Positions 19,876 through 29,576 of a stretch of 64,000 nt of DNA are shown here, one piece after another. This DNA is from a virus. The position numbers and the translations under genes are program-made. Under the pieces are notes generated by a model. It did no database searches, was not told the DNA's origin, and worked only from the letters and a program-made list of their open reading frames with translations. Every line of letters starts with the position of its first letter. The first letter of the stretch is position 1. The stretch lies in the IMG/VR virus record IMGVR_UViG_3300046532_001046, positions 1 through 64,000 of that record. One strand, written 5' to 3'.

Positions 19876-21795
19876 CTACCGGATGGGGCAGGACCCACTA
19901 ACGCAGTCGTCGTCCAGCAGTTCACTCGTACCCCCCTGAAGGCCCACACGATCATCCGTCAGGTGGCTCCTCATCTCCAGATACTCCCCTTCGGTGATCT
20001 CCTCCAGCGGAGCCTGAACGAACCCGTGTTCGGAGTGCAGCAAGAAAGAAACAGACTTCATGGTAGACCAGTTCTCCCTCAGGTACTCCTTGACGTGTTC
20101 AAGTTCCCCCGGACGGATGTAGATGGTGACTGACACGGCATTATCAGCCCACACCTCCTGAAGATTGCGCTGTAGGTCCATCTGCTCAATGGCCGAAACG
20201 TGTTCAGCCAAGACGGTCCCGGTTGGAAACTCACACGGGAACTCCACCAGTTTGGTGCGATCAGACACCGTGCCATCTAGGTTCTTTACCCACTCCACGT
20301 TGTACCCCTTATCGGCACAGTACTGTAGCAGTGGGTCACCAACAGACATCCTGACACGCCGAATGTGGTGGCGGCTGTAGCCGGGATGCACCCCCGGAGT
20401 TACCCCAGCGAGAAGTGACAGTGTCCCACTGGGCTTGACCGTGGTGAGGCGCTTGGACACAGGCCACCCATTCTGCTCAGACCATTCCTGATCAAGCCTA
20501 CGAAGGTTCTCGTAGGCGGGCGACAGCCATCCAAGTTTACCAGCGGACTGTGCAATGCCTGTGACACCCAGCCCCAACCTCATATTCTTACTGGTGATCT
20601 CATCTGATTCTCGGTCAAGGTAGGACATCGCTGCGATAGCCTTCTGGACCTTATATAGCAATCCTGTGATGTCCATGAACTCTGCTTTAGATTCCACGTT
20701 CGGAAGAAAGACCTCGCAGAGATTGCAAGATTCACGATTCGCCAGACCAATCTCCGCGCATGGGTTGGTTCCAACAATGCTTTGATCGGGCAGTACCTCT
20801 GGCACACGACCGAACATGCGACTGGCCGTAAGGTTAAACAGTCCGTAGGGTTCACCATTTCCGCTGTATCCCTCCCAGAACTCCTCAGAGAGTTCATTGA
20901 TGTCATCAACAACTACAGAGTTGTTTGACATTGCTCGGTGCATGGGGATCGTTCCCAGATCCCACCGCTTGGCGTTCAGGTAGTCTACATCATTCGGACG
21001 CCCGAGGGCAATCTCGGCTGATCTCCTCACGTTACCAGCGACTACCACGGACCCAATGATGTTGCCGATGTCCAAGACCTCCACAGAGGTCAAGTGTCGG
21101 CCAACCGCCCCATTGAGCACAGCCGTGATCTTCTCAATGCCCTCCACCAAGATGCCGGGGCCGGACGCCTTTCCCCCGAATGTCCGTATGGGGGCTCCTG
21201 TGGGCCGTATGAGGCTCGTGTTGTAAGTCAGGTAGGTCGGGTCGTCTTCACCACCCAGATACGTCCTGAGGGCCTGTAGGAGGGCCTGAGACCATCCCTC
21301 GCGCTTGTCGGGCACTATGTAGTCGGCATCAGACTCATTGAGGTGCTGTACGGTCCCCTGACGAACCCTTCCCAGAACCTCCGGGGCTGACACTGAGAAC
21401 CCAACGCCCCCACCCAGCATGAGCCTCTCAAACATCCATGAGAAGTCCTCAGGCTTGGTGAGGTCCACGAACCAACAGTTGACGAGGGAATCCCCCCCTA
21501 GACGTTCGTTGTTGGGGGTTCCCAACTGCCAGAGCATCCGGCCACCGACGCTGGCCTTCAGGTTGAACATATAATCGAACAGGCGTTCGGACTCACCCTC
21601 CGTCAATCCAGCCCCGATACCCTCGGCACCATCCACCACCCTGCGGAGGGTTTGCCACCACTCTTCCGTGGTGTTCTCCTTCTCGTCCAAGGACCGGGCG
21701 TAGGTCCGCTTGAACACGATATATCCAAGGCCGTCGAAACCCCACGGAGGTGTTTTGGAGATGTAGGGGGTCAGGAAGTCTTCAGAGAGTGTCAT
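19876..21795 (-). CDS. nrdJ: class II (adenosylcobalamin-dependent) monomeric ribonucleotide reductase
   Basis: KRTYAR, SLVNC, GGGVGF, GNVRRSAEI, TNPCAEI, TTVKPSGTLS and C-terminal C-x3-CP. Confidence 0.95.
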   Translation of the reverse strand: MTLSEDFLTPYISKTPPWGFDGLGYIVFKRTYARSLDEKENTTEEWWQTLRRVVDGAEGIGAGLTEGESERLFDYMFNLKASVGGRMLWQLGTPNNERLGGDSLVNCWFVDLTKPEDFSWMFERLMLGGGVGFSVSAPEVLGRVRQGTVQHLNESDADYIVPDKREGWSQALLQALRTYLGGEDDPTYLTYNTSLIRPTGAPIRTFGGKASGPGILVEGIEKITAVLNGAVGRHLTSVEVLDIGNIIGSVVVAGNVRRSAEIALGRPNDVDYLNAKRWDLGTIPMHRAMSNNSVVVDDINELSEEFWEGYSGNGEPYGLFNLTASRMFGRVPEVLPDQSIVGTNPCAEIGLANRESCNLCEVFLPNVESKAEFMDITGLLYKVQKAIAAMSYLDRESDEITSKNMRLGLGVTGIAQSAGKLGWLSPAYENLRRLDQEWSEQNGWPVSKRLTTVKPSGTLSLLAGVTPGVHPGYSRHHIRRVRMSVGDPLLQYCADKGYNVEWVKNLDGTVSDRTKLVEFPCEFPTGTVLAEHVSAIEQMDLQRNLQEVWADNAVSVTIYIRPGELEHVKEYLRENWSTMKSVSFLLHSEHGFVQAPLEEITEGEYLEMRSHLTDDRVGLQGGTSELLDDDCVSGSCPIR

Positions 21796-21953
21796 TCATC
21801 TACTCTACTAGAGGGGGGGTTGGGAGGGGGTCAGTCTACACCACGACCCCGTCAGTTTCTGAGGTCCTTACTATCTCTCGGACACGCCCGGCAGGGCGTA
21901 CTTACTTAGTCTAGTTAGGAAGTCTAGTATAGAGTCTCTACTACAAGTCACTG

Positions 21954-22116
21954 GTGACTAGGTTGGTAGTCATGGGTGACTAGGTTGGTAGTCATGGGTG
22001 ACTATAGGGTGGTAGTCATGGGTGACTAGGTTGGTAGTCACCAGTGACTAGGTTGGTAGTCACCAGTGACTAGGTTGGTAGTCACCAGTGACTAGGTTGG
22101 TAGTCATGGGTGACTA
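21954..22116. repeat. tandem array of 7 palindromic ~22-bp units plus a partial unit
   Basis: GTGACTA-GGTTGG-TAGTCA(TGG/CCA) repeated; third unit is a 24-bp variant; intergenic. Confidence 0.97.
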
Positions 22117-22234
22117 CCCTAAGAAGCCACGTTCTCCCCAATACAACTCTTCATCAGTCTCATAGAGTTTCCAGAGGTACTGGTTTAGAGTCGCCTGTGT
22201 GTGCTCTTCACGGCGCTCGTCGGGGTAGATTGGT

Positions 22235-24532
22235 TCATTCATTAACGCCCTCACGGGGCCAGAAGGACAGTTGTGTTTCGTCTGGTTTGGCTTCCTCCGC
22301 TAACAACGCTGCATCACTCAAGCGCTGAACATGCTTCTCTGCGGCCTGCATTCCAACCCGCCCAAAGCCGAGGTCTCTTAGGCCGTCTCGGACGTGCTCG
22401 TTTTCATGGTACAACTTGCCCAAAAGCGTGTTGTTGGCTATGTCAGTATTGCGTTCGCTGTGGATGTTAAGGTCACTAGAGGTGCTACTAGAGCGAGCCA
22501 CCGTCGTGGCGGTCCCCCCGTTCGCTAACTTATGGACCGTAGGTCTTACCGGGTGTTCATTGCCATCTGCGTTGAATCCCCTCAGGCCAAACTGCTCCTT
22601 GACCAGATCCACACGGTCTGGGATGTTGGGTTCATCGGACATAGCACTGTGGATACGGGTTGCGGCGTAGACTGCACGTTGGTGATCCGTCTTCCACGAT
22701 GAGTTCTTGGTTCCGTAACCTCGTATCGACTTCTGGTCTTCGATCTCAACGGAGCGTGTGGGGTTGAGAGAGGGGTTGAGAGCATCCTCGTGTTTGTTTG
22801 CGTAGCCGATGGTTCGGTCTGAGGCAGCATCCGCAACACCCTCCATAACCGGGTCTATATGGTATTGACGGGTGTCCCCACGATTTACGGTACGTAGTCC
22901 GATGTTGGGGTCAATGGCGTGTTCCCGCTCATGGAAGGCGGTGCTGGCGTCGGGCCATTCCGTAACCTGCTTCGATTGCCTCTCTACGGTCTCTGTCTCT
23001 GACGGGATGCGGCGCTTGTGGAAGGCAGTGCTGTAGTCAACTCCTGATCGCCATTCGCCCGCTGGCAATCTCTCACCACCGTGTACCCGTTTGGTCAGAA
23101 ACCCCTCAGCCTCCGGGGTAGGCAACATGACGGGCAAGGGACCCTTTCTTGGCTCCCGGTCCTCAGTCATTGGGTGGTACTCTTTCGTAGGTATGTCTGA
23201 CTGAGAAGCCCAGTTCTTGGGCCTATCTGGATTATCCTTCTGTGCTTCTGATTCGACTCCGGGCGGTAGATAGGACTGGTCTCCGGTGTGGCCCGTCCCC
23301 TTGTGCAACTCAGACTGGAATCCGGCCTCGTGGAGGTGTTTCAGAGCATTAGCAGTATCCCAAGACTGCACGTAGCCTGTGTCATTGAACGTGGCCGGGT
23401 TGAACCTCCCTAAGTGCTTAAACTCATCTGCTTTTCCTGTAGTGCCCGTTACCTTCTTGCGCCCAACGTAGGGCCAGTTGCTGTCACCGGGAGCGCTTGG
23501 CTTGTCCACATAAAGATTGTTATCGTGCTTGCTCATCTTACCGTCTTCATCTGGCTCATCCCACGGCAAGGACACAGGTTCGTTTGGACCAGTATGTGGG
23601 TTTAGCGTTTCCCCGGTCTCCGGGTTGTGGAAGGCGTGCTTTAGTATATTCTCCGTGATGTACGGCTCGCCTGCTTCATCTTCCACCTTGCTCCCCTTGG
23701 GCATAATCTCCTTACTCTTTCTACCTTTTCCCCCGGTGTACCAGTCGGGGTTCCACGCAGTTCCAGTACTGGTGGAGTCCTTGGTTGGGCGGTTCATACT
23801 TCTCGTCTGGTATTCAGTGGTCTTTTGGGCGTAGAACTTGTTTACCGAGGCCGTGTTTGTCCTCGTTTGGTACACCCCACCGCCACGCTGGCCTCGCCCC
23901 TGTACTACCTTCGGCCTATCTGCCACCAGTCGCTCGTCACCGTCCCCCTCATAGAACTCGGCTGCCTTCATCGTGGAAGATCCAGCCCTCTCCCCATGCT
24001 GAGACCTCCGAATAGGCCGGTCAAACTCGGAAACGGGGGTGTCCCCCATAGCGTAGGTCTCATGCAGTTGTGGTGCCCCCTTACCCCGGAGGTCCAGTTG
24101 CCGGTCTACCGCTGCTAAACGCTGTTCCTTGCTGACCGTCGGGTCTCGGGGCAGGCCGGTCCCGGTGTAAGGGTCAAACAGCATCCCCTGACGTTGGGTA
24201 CCGGGGGCGGTTGTGGGAGCCGGGGTCCTGTCGTGGTTTACATCAAGTGCTCCAGTCTTATCCCGAACATCAAATGTTGTGATTTCAGAGTCTGTGCCGG
24301 GTCTTATCTCACCGGGCTCACGAGGCGCATGGAAGGCGGTTCCCCCAGACGGCAAGGGGGTCTGGGTACCCGAGTCACCATCCACGACCCTACGACCGTC
24401 CGTGATCACGTTATTAATATTGTGCAGTTTTGTGAGGTGATCAGGTCCCTGATTGGTGTGGTGCTCTGGAGACAGCCAGTCTGGTCGACCCGGCATGTAG
24501 GTGTTCTTGAACTGTTCTCCCTTTAGAGACAT
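22235..24532 (-). CDS. 765-aa largely disordered protein with zincin-like HExxH motif
   Basis: AFHEREHAID...MEGVAD; hydrophilic low-complexity remainder. Confidence 0.75.
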   Translation of the reverse strand: MSLKGEQFKNTYMPGRPDWLSPEHHTNQGPDHLTKLHNINNVITDGRRVVDGDSGTQTPLPSGGTAFHAPREPGEIRPGTDSEITTFDVRDKTGALDVNHDRTPAPTTAPGTQRQGMLFDPYTGTGLPRDPTVSKEQRLAAVDRQLDLRGKGAPQLHETYAMGDTPVSEFDRPIRRSQHGERAGSSTMKAAEFYEGDGDERLVADRPKVVQGRGQRGGGVYQTRTNTASVNKFYAQKTTEYQTRSMNRPTKDSTSTGTAWNPDWYTGGKGRKSKEIMPKGSKVEDEAGEPYITENILKHAFHNPETGETLNPHTGPNEPVSLPWDEPDEDGKMSKHDNNLYVDKPSAPGDSNWPYVGRKKVTGTTGKADEFKHLGRFNPATFNDTGYVQSWDTANALKHLHEAGFQSELHKGTGHTGDQSYLPPGVESEAQKDNPDRPKNWASQSDIPTKEYHPMTEDREPRKGPLPVMLPTPEAEGFLTKRVHGGERLPAGEWRSGVDYSTAFHKRRIPSETETVERQSKQVTEWPDASTAFHEREHAIDPNIGLRTVNRGDTRQYHIDPVMEGVADAASDRTIGYANKHEDALNPSLNPTRSVEIEDQKSIRGYGTKNSSWKTDHQRAVYAATRIHSAMSDEPNIPDRVDLVKEQFGLRGFNADGNEHPVRPTVHKLANGGTATTVARSSSTSSDLNIHSERNTDIANNTLLGKLYHENEHVRDGLRDLGFGRVGMQAAEKHVQRLSDAALLAEEAKPDETQLSFWPREGVNE

Positions 24533-24533
24533 A

Positions 24534-25181
24534 TCAGCACCCCGGCTTGTTGGAGGGCTTATAGAGGGGGCCTTCTGAAGTGAAGGAGGCCGTTTCGATA
24601 CAATCGTCTTCCAAGCGGGCTAGCCCCTTGTTGGACTCGGTGTACGACCCTCGCCAGCCTTCGACCTCAAACTGGGCAATGTCCCTATCAGACTTGTCGA
24701 AGACAACGCCGTGCTGTTCCTTGTTTAGTTGGAAGAGACGACCGGGGTTAGCGCCGAACCCGCGCTGACCATCTTCCCGTAGGTGCTCAGGGTCACGAGA
24801 AGGTCCTAGGAGGTTGCCCTGCATGTGCAGGAATACACCTCTACCTTTGCCGGTTTCCCCTACACTCTTTATGACCCTGTACGCCTGCTCTACGTTTCCG
24901 AAGTGCTGGGTTACATTGCCTAGAGCGAACTCATTGTCATGCCCGATAAGGGTACCAATACCTCCTTGAGGGCCAGTCTCCTTGATGGACGTGGTCCTCT
25001 GAAGGTCTTGGTTTCTTACCTTACGAATATCAGGATGGACCGACAGTCTCTTTCCTAGATCCCCATCAGGGGGATGCACTGGGCTCCCCTCAGGCCAGTG
25101 GTTAAGACCCCGTGTCGGGCCTTCCGGTTCTGACGGGTCTTGAGGGGTATTAGGAAGGTCGGAGCGCCAACGGTAACCCAT
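24534..25181 (-). CDS. hypothetical protein
   Basis: 215-aa ORF tightly packed in the operon. Confidence 0.7.
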   Translation of the reverse strand: MGYRWRSDLPNTPQDPSEPEGPTRGLNHWPEGSPVHPPDGDLGKRLSVHPDIRKVRNQDLQRTTSIKETGPQGGIGTLIGHDNEFALGNVTQHFGNVEQAYRVIKSVGETGKGRGVFLHMQGNLLGPSRDPEHLREDGQRGFGANPGRLFQLNKEQHGVVFDKSDRDIAQFEVEGWRGSYTESNKGLARLEDDCIETASFTSEGPLYKPSNKPGC

Positions 25182-25184
25182 TGG

Positions 25185-25922
25185 TTACCTCGCGTCGGGG
25201 TGCATGTTCCATTGCATGTTGCCCGTGTGCTTGTTACGCTTACCCTCAGCCCGCCACTTACCTTCCTTTAGCATCCCAATGTTATCTGGGGTGCTTGTGA
25301 AGGGAATCATGTGACTATCACTCTCGCCTCCACCGGTAGAAGAGGCATCAATCATAAGTTGCTGATGGTTGTCATGCCCTAGAACCTTAGAGGCAGGTAC
25401 TGACAAGCGATCTGGGTCACCGGTTTGCCATGACTCGGGGTAACTTTCACCCGCACGAGCCTTCTTCACTGCACCCTCTGACTGACGGCGCTTTCCTTCA
25501 GCATTTCCCTCCGGGGAGCCCATTCCCAAGTACTCATTGGCCCCTACGTGCCCCTCAAAGTCCTGACCGTACATGGCCTTCTTGGCGAAGGCTTGGTCCT
25601 CTTCCCCCTCAACCATGTCAACCATCTCGTCGCCTCCTACGGTGTAGCCCCCCTTTTCCCACGGGCCTGCTTCAACAGCATCGCGTTCAACCTTCCCGAA
25701 GGCCGACACGCGCTGGCCGTAGTTGGCGCTTTCATCGAAGACTTCGTGGCCTTCAGGTTGGAGTTCACCTGATCCCAGACTGGCGAGTATGCGAGCGTCG
25801 ACCTCCTGCTCCCTCCACAGGGACCCCCGTGGGTAGGCCCCATTCGTTACACCATGTGGGTCGTCGGGACGGTGACCGTCCTTGGAGGCAGCGTGCTTGT
25901 CGTGGTGGTGCATTCGGCCCAT
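25185..25922 (-). CDS. hypothetical protein
   Basis: 245-aa ORF, TAATG-coupled to the upstream gene. Confidence 0.7.
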   Translation of the reverse strand: MGRMHHHDKHAASKDGHRPDDPHGVTNGAYPRGSLWREQEVDARILASLGSGELQPEGHEVFDESANYGQRVSAFGKVERDAVEAGPWEKGGYTVGGDEMVDMVEGEEDQAFAKKAMYGQDFEGHVGANEYLGMGSPEGNAEGKRRQSEGAVKKARAGESYPESWQTGDPDRLSVPASKVLGHDNHQQLMIDASSTGGGESDSHMIPFTSTPDNIGMLKEGKWRAEGKRNKHTGNMQWNMHPDAR

Positions 25923-26119
25923 TACTCTGAACCCTCCATGAGATCGGTCATAACTGATTCCTGTTCTGCGTCAGATGCCCCTGAGTCCTCGGCCCATGCC
26001 ATCGCACCGGGATCTCCCCAGACGTTGAGGTTGCCTAGATGGGGCTGTGGGACAGATCGGTGCGGACGATCCTGCTGGGCCTGATGTGCCCTTGCATAAC
26101 TATCTGTTGGCTGTGGCAT
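25922..26119 (-). CDS. small hypothetical protein
   Basis: 65 aa, preceded by TGGTAAACT-N6. Confidence 0.65.
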   Translation of the reverse strand: MPQPTDSYARAHQAQQDRPHRSVPQPHLGNLNVWGDPGAMAWAEDSGASDAEQESVMTDLMEGSE

Positions 26120-26153
26120 GTCTCAAGTTTACCATCTTTACACAATAGAGATA

Positions 26154-26558
26154 CTAGACACCCTCTGGGTGTAGGTCCACATCATCATCCGTGAAATCTC
26201 TACTATGCTCATCCCACGGGGTCAAGTCACTCTGGGGCACCCTGCCACTGACAGTTAACTTGTCGGCTCGTACATCTGTGCCGTACCATTCCCCATGTGG
26301 ATCGTTCTCTAGTTTGGTACCGGTGTGTTCCACGCTATACACCAGTGGTTCTGGGTTAACCGGAAACCCGGAGTTCTCTGATGCTACTTTGGCATAAAAT
26401 TGGGCAGCGTTGAGGTTCCGGGTGGCGAAGACACTCCCCCCGTATTCCCCGACGACCCCCTGATCATAGTTTCGTAGAGGTGCGGCCTCGTAGGTGAGGT
26501 CCTCGCCCTCCTTGAGAGGCCAAGCAGTACCGTGGTAGAGGGGGTCTGAACTACTCAT
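26154..26558 (-). CDS. ADP-ribosyltransferase-like protein (Arr-like)
   Basis: LYHGT...VFAT.N..AA.FYA...VYSVE....E.DP matches the Arr-type ART pattern. Confidence 0.7.
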   Translation of the reverse strand: MSSSDPLYHGTAWPLKEGEDLTYEAAPLRNYDQGVVGEYGGSVFATRNLNAAQFYAKVASENSGFPVNPEPLVYSVEHTGTKLENDPHGEWYGTDVRADKLTVSGRVPQSDLTPWDEHSRDFTDDDVDLHPEGV

Positions 26559-27298
26559 CGTCCCTGAGACCTCAAGAACTCAACTGAGGCCGGTTGGCTC
26601 ATACCCCTGTTGTACTCTGTATCTGGATTCGTGGGGTATGAGGTCCATGTCACATCTTCCCCGGTGTCCGGGTCCGGCTTTATCTCAACTTCTGGCTCTG
26701 GTTGTTCTGCCCTGTGTGCTATTTCCATGTTCCGCATGGCACCCAAGGCTTCCATAGCAGGACCGAACTGGTGGTTACCCAGATGGATGGCTGATTGGTT
26801 CGCTAACTGCTGTACTGGGGTGTACACGGGCAGTTTTGCGTGGGCTTTAGAGTAACCTTCCCCCCATTCACGCTGTTCCTCAGAAGGAGGGTTGAGCCAT
26901 TCAGAGTCGCTACTGGCTTGATCTAGGTGCCTTACTGCCTGAGCCGTCTTGCTTGAGTAGGGCGTCCACACATCCCATGCCCCCGTAGGAGGTGAAGGGG
27001 CGGCTGTCATTCGGTGGTATACATCTCCGACGTTCTCCAACGCCGAGCCGTAGTCCCTGTTGATCCAGTTATCGTTTCCCAGTTTCTCACCGTGCCGTTG
27101 CTGCCCCGAGAGGGCATAGGCTTCAGGACGGCTCCGCTGCATGGCCCCAGCGTGCCCCATAACGGTGGTGAACTGGTCTGAGGTCATTGAGGACACTTCC
27201 TCGGAGGAGAAGGTGCCTCCCGACCGATGCCTATCCCGAACATCGTCCTCAAACTGGCCCTCAGTACCGGCCTTGACGTATTCATCTGAACTACTCAT
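26555..27298 (-). CDS. hypothetical protein, MSSSD family
   Basis: Starts MSSSDEYVKAGTEGQF; ATGA overlaps at both ends. Confidence 0.75.
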   Translation of the reverse strand: MSSSDEYVKAGTEGQFEDDVRDRHRSGGTFSSEEVSSMTSDQFTTVMGHAGAMQRSRPEAYALSGQQRHGEKLGNDNWINRDYGSALENVGDVYHRMTAAPSPPTGAWDVWTPYSSKTAQAVRHLDQASSDSEWLNPPSEEQREWGEGYSKAHAKLPVYTPVQQLANQSAIHLGNHQFGPAMEALGAMRNMEIAHRAEQPEPEVEIKPDPDTGEDVTWTSYPTNPDTEYNRGMSQPASVEFLRSQGR

Positions 27299-27750
27299 CT
27301 AGCCCACGGTCCATAGTTGTGCTCTACCGGTATTTCCATATCGGGGTCGATGCTGTAGGCGGCTGCCACCCGGTGGTGCCCCTGAAGCAGAGTGTTAGGG
27401 TCCTGTAGCGTGACCGGGGTGGTGATACCCTCACTAGAGATGCTTTCGTAGAGAGACTCTTCGTTGTTCTGGTACCACGGGTGCTGTGGGTCGGCTTCCC
27501 CCAGTTCAGGACGCCACCCCTCTGGGTCAAGGGTTTCGTTCAACTTCCTATCTTTCAACTGCTGCATACCCTCCATGCGCCAGTCCTCATCGTTAGCATC
27601 CTCCCAAGTACTGGAGAAATCGTTGTACTCTTTCCCTCCATCGACCTCCATGTAGTCCATCGCCTCATTGATATTGAACTTGTCCATGAGTTCCCGCGCT
27701 GGCATGAACATCTGAAGTTGCTGCGGATTGAGACGGTCTGAACTACTCAT
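27295..27750 (-). CDS. ParB/sulfiredoxin-like domain protein, MSSSD family
   Basis: LYESISSEGITTPVTL...QGHHRVAAA; start moved to MSSSDRLNPQQL. Confidence 0.8.
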   Translation of the reverse strand: MSSSDRLNPQQLQMFMPARELMDKFNINEAMDYMEVDGGKEYNDFSSTWEDANDEDWRMEGMQQLKDRKLNETLDPEGWRPELGEADPQHPWYQNNEESLYESISSEGITTPVTLQDPNTLLQGHHRVAAAYSIDPDMEIPVEHNYGPWAR

Positions 27751-28423
27751 TAGGGAAGTGATCTTCACGATCTACGAGGAACTTCCTAGTCTCGCCGTCG
27801 GACATGCCATGCTCTTGTTTTACCCAGTTGTCGGCCCCTCGGTCGTAGTGATGCTGATGCCAAAGGTTGGTGTCATCCTCTCGCTGTACTTTGTAGGGAC
27901 CACCGGGTATTTCACTCAGGGACCAGCGTAAGCCCCCTTCCAAGGGGTCTTCCTCCGGCTCTGGCGGTGGTGGGTCGTTTGGCCTGCCTAACCTGTCGTG
28001 TTCCCAATGTACGTTACGTTCCCACTGAACAGGTACTTCCATCTTGGGGTCAACACCGGCAGCCGCAGCAATGCGGTGCATACCATCACGTACTAGCGCC
28101 TGTGGATTAACACCTTTACGCATACGTATAATGCCCTCGTCGTGCTGCTCCTTTAGATCCGCTTGGCCCACCAGTCTGATGGGCTTCTGTATCTGAGCCC
28201 CGGAACTAAGGCTGTTCCAGATGCCCCCTCCGTGTGGCTGTTCCCCCGTGTCAGTCGCATACGGTTGCTTGGATTCCTCCAACTTGCGTGTTTGTACATC
28301 TTTAGTAGATTCTCCCTCAAAGTGCTCAAAGGCATGAACACCGTACTGCTTAGGGTCCATGAGTTCACCAGCGGGAATAAACATACGCAACTGCTGCGGA
28401 TTGAGGCGGTCTGAACTACTCAT
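27743..28423 (-). CDS. ParB/sulfiredoxin-like domain protein, MSSSD family
   Basis: IQKPIRL...RDGMHRIAAA; start moved to MSSSDRLNPQQL. Confidence 0.78.
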   Translation of the reverse strand: MSSSDRLNPQQLRMFIPAGELMDPKQYGVHAFEHFEGESTKDVQTRKLEESKQPYATDTGEQPHGGGIWNSLSSGAQIQKPIRLVGQADLKEQHDEGIIRMRKGVNPQALVRDGMHRIAAAAGVDPKMEVPVQWERNVHWEHDRLGRPNDPPPPEPEEDPLEGGLRWSLSEIPGGPYKVQREDDTNLWHQHHYDRGADNWVKQEHGMSDGETRKFLVDREDHFPNE

Positions 28424-29163
28424 AGCAGTTCCAGTTGCTTGGACGTGTCTTTGGCCGGTTCTGGCTGTGGGGGCAGTTCTCCCCGCCTCGTGGCCCAATC
28501 AGCGACGTTTCGGGGCTTGTTTTCGGGGTGTTCGCCGCTTGGGCCGTGAATCATGGTCGCATTTGCCAAACGGGTCTCGGCTGCGAGCGCCGGAAGGGCG
28601 TCATCGGTGAACATTCGGGAGTGGGACTCGTAGGAAGCCTCCTCGCCGTGCCTTGAGAAGGACCTACCGGTCGACAAATGACCGAAAGAGTCGTGAACGG
28701 CCCTAAACTCGTCATTTTCCTCGTCCGACCAGAGGGCATGGCCCCCCGTGGAGGCTGTTGAGAGCACCTTTAGGCGTCGATTGTCCTCAACGTCCCTAGC
28801 AGCGGCTCCGGGGTCGTCGGGGTATGGGTCCTTGTCAGTGACCTCAACAGACACTCCGAGTCCCCCGGACTCCGTAGGGCCGGTTAAATGCTGATACTGC
28901 TGCTGAACCTGAGTCCTCAGGGAGCCATAACTCTTGAGAGTTTCTGGCGAGGGGTCCTCATGGTCCCGATGACGGTGCTCGGTGAAGGTTGCTAAGTGTG
29001 AACTGTCAGCAGTAATGTTGGAGAACTGATCAGACGTGTGGTGTTTACCCATCTTCTCGGCCCAGCGCCCAGCGGCGTCAGCAAGGAGCCCCACAGGCTT
29101 GAAGGTACGCAGGGTACCGCCACCGTGACCAAAGTCTAAGGGCAGTTCCTGCTGTTCTTCCAC
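28420..29163 (-). CDS. phage protein with RAVHDxxGH/GEE motifs (possible metallo-enzyme)
   Basis: NDEFRAVHDSFGH...FSRHGEEASY..H..MF...ALAAETR. Confidence 0.7.
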   Translation of the reverse strand: MEEQQELPLDFGHGGGTLRTFKPVGLLADAAGRWAEKMGKHHTSDQFSNITADSSHLATFTEHRHRDHEDPSPETLKSYGSLRTQVQQQYQHLTGPTESGGLGVSVEVTDKDPYPDDPGAAARDVEDNRRLKVLSTASTGGHALWSDEENDEFRAVHDSFGHLSTGRSFSRHGEEASYESHSRMFTDDALPALAAETRLANATMIHGPSGEHPENKPRNVADWATRRGELPPQPEPAKDTSKQLELL

Positions 29164-29192
29164 AGTACAAGAATACCAGAATAAAGAGACAT

Positions 29193-29345
29193 CTAGAAGC
29201 GTTGTCTTCTTCCTCTGACGCCGGTACCCATGTACGCCTTCATCAGTTCCCGCTCCAACTCATCGGTCATAGCCTGATTAGGGTAGTAGTGGCCCCTCGG
29301 CGGACGATTCCATCGTTGCTTTAACAAGTTTGCTATTTTCTTCAT
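29193..29345 (-). CDS. small basic protein (50 aa)
   Basis: Manually read MKKIANLLKQRWNRPPRG...; GAAAGG RBS. Confidence 0.5.
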   Translation of the reverse strand: MKKIANLLKQRWNRPPRGHYYPNQAMTDELERELMKAYMGTGVRGRRQRF

Positions 29346-29426
29346 TTCGCCTTTCAAGGCTGGTTTGGCATTAAGAATCTATCGTACTGTCTTGACAGGG
29401 AGATGCGGTGTGGTACGCTTGGTCAT

Positions 29427-29576
29427 ATGACCGATACACATGCACCGGAACTCATTGCAGAGATTGAGACCTTCTTGGCAATCACCGCCAAACGTGAGAT
29501 ATTCACGTCTGCCGAGATTCAGGACCTACTACTGGATCTTCGTGGTCTCCTAAGCGAGCGGGTCGTCACTCTCTGA
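29427..29576 (+). CDS. small helical protein (49 aa) with its own promoter
   Basis: Manually read MTDTHAPELIAEIETFLAITAKREIFTSAEIQDLLLDLRGLL...; TTGACA-N16-TACGCT upstream. Confidence 0.6.
   Translation: MTDTHAPELIAEIETFLAITAKREIFTSAEIQDLLLDLRGLLSERVVTL

Noticed and set aside
21954-22116. CRISPR array
   Set aside because: Units abut directly with no unique spacers; the only Cas-like gene is a solo Cas4-like exonuclease in the recombination block
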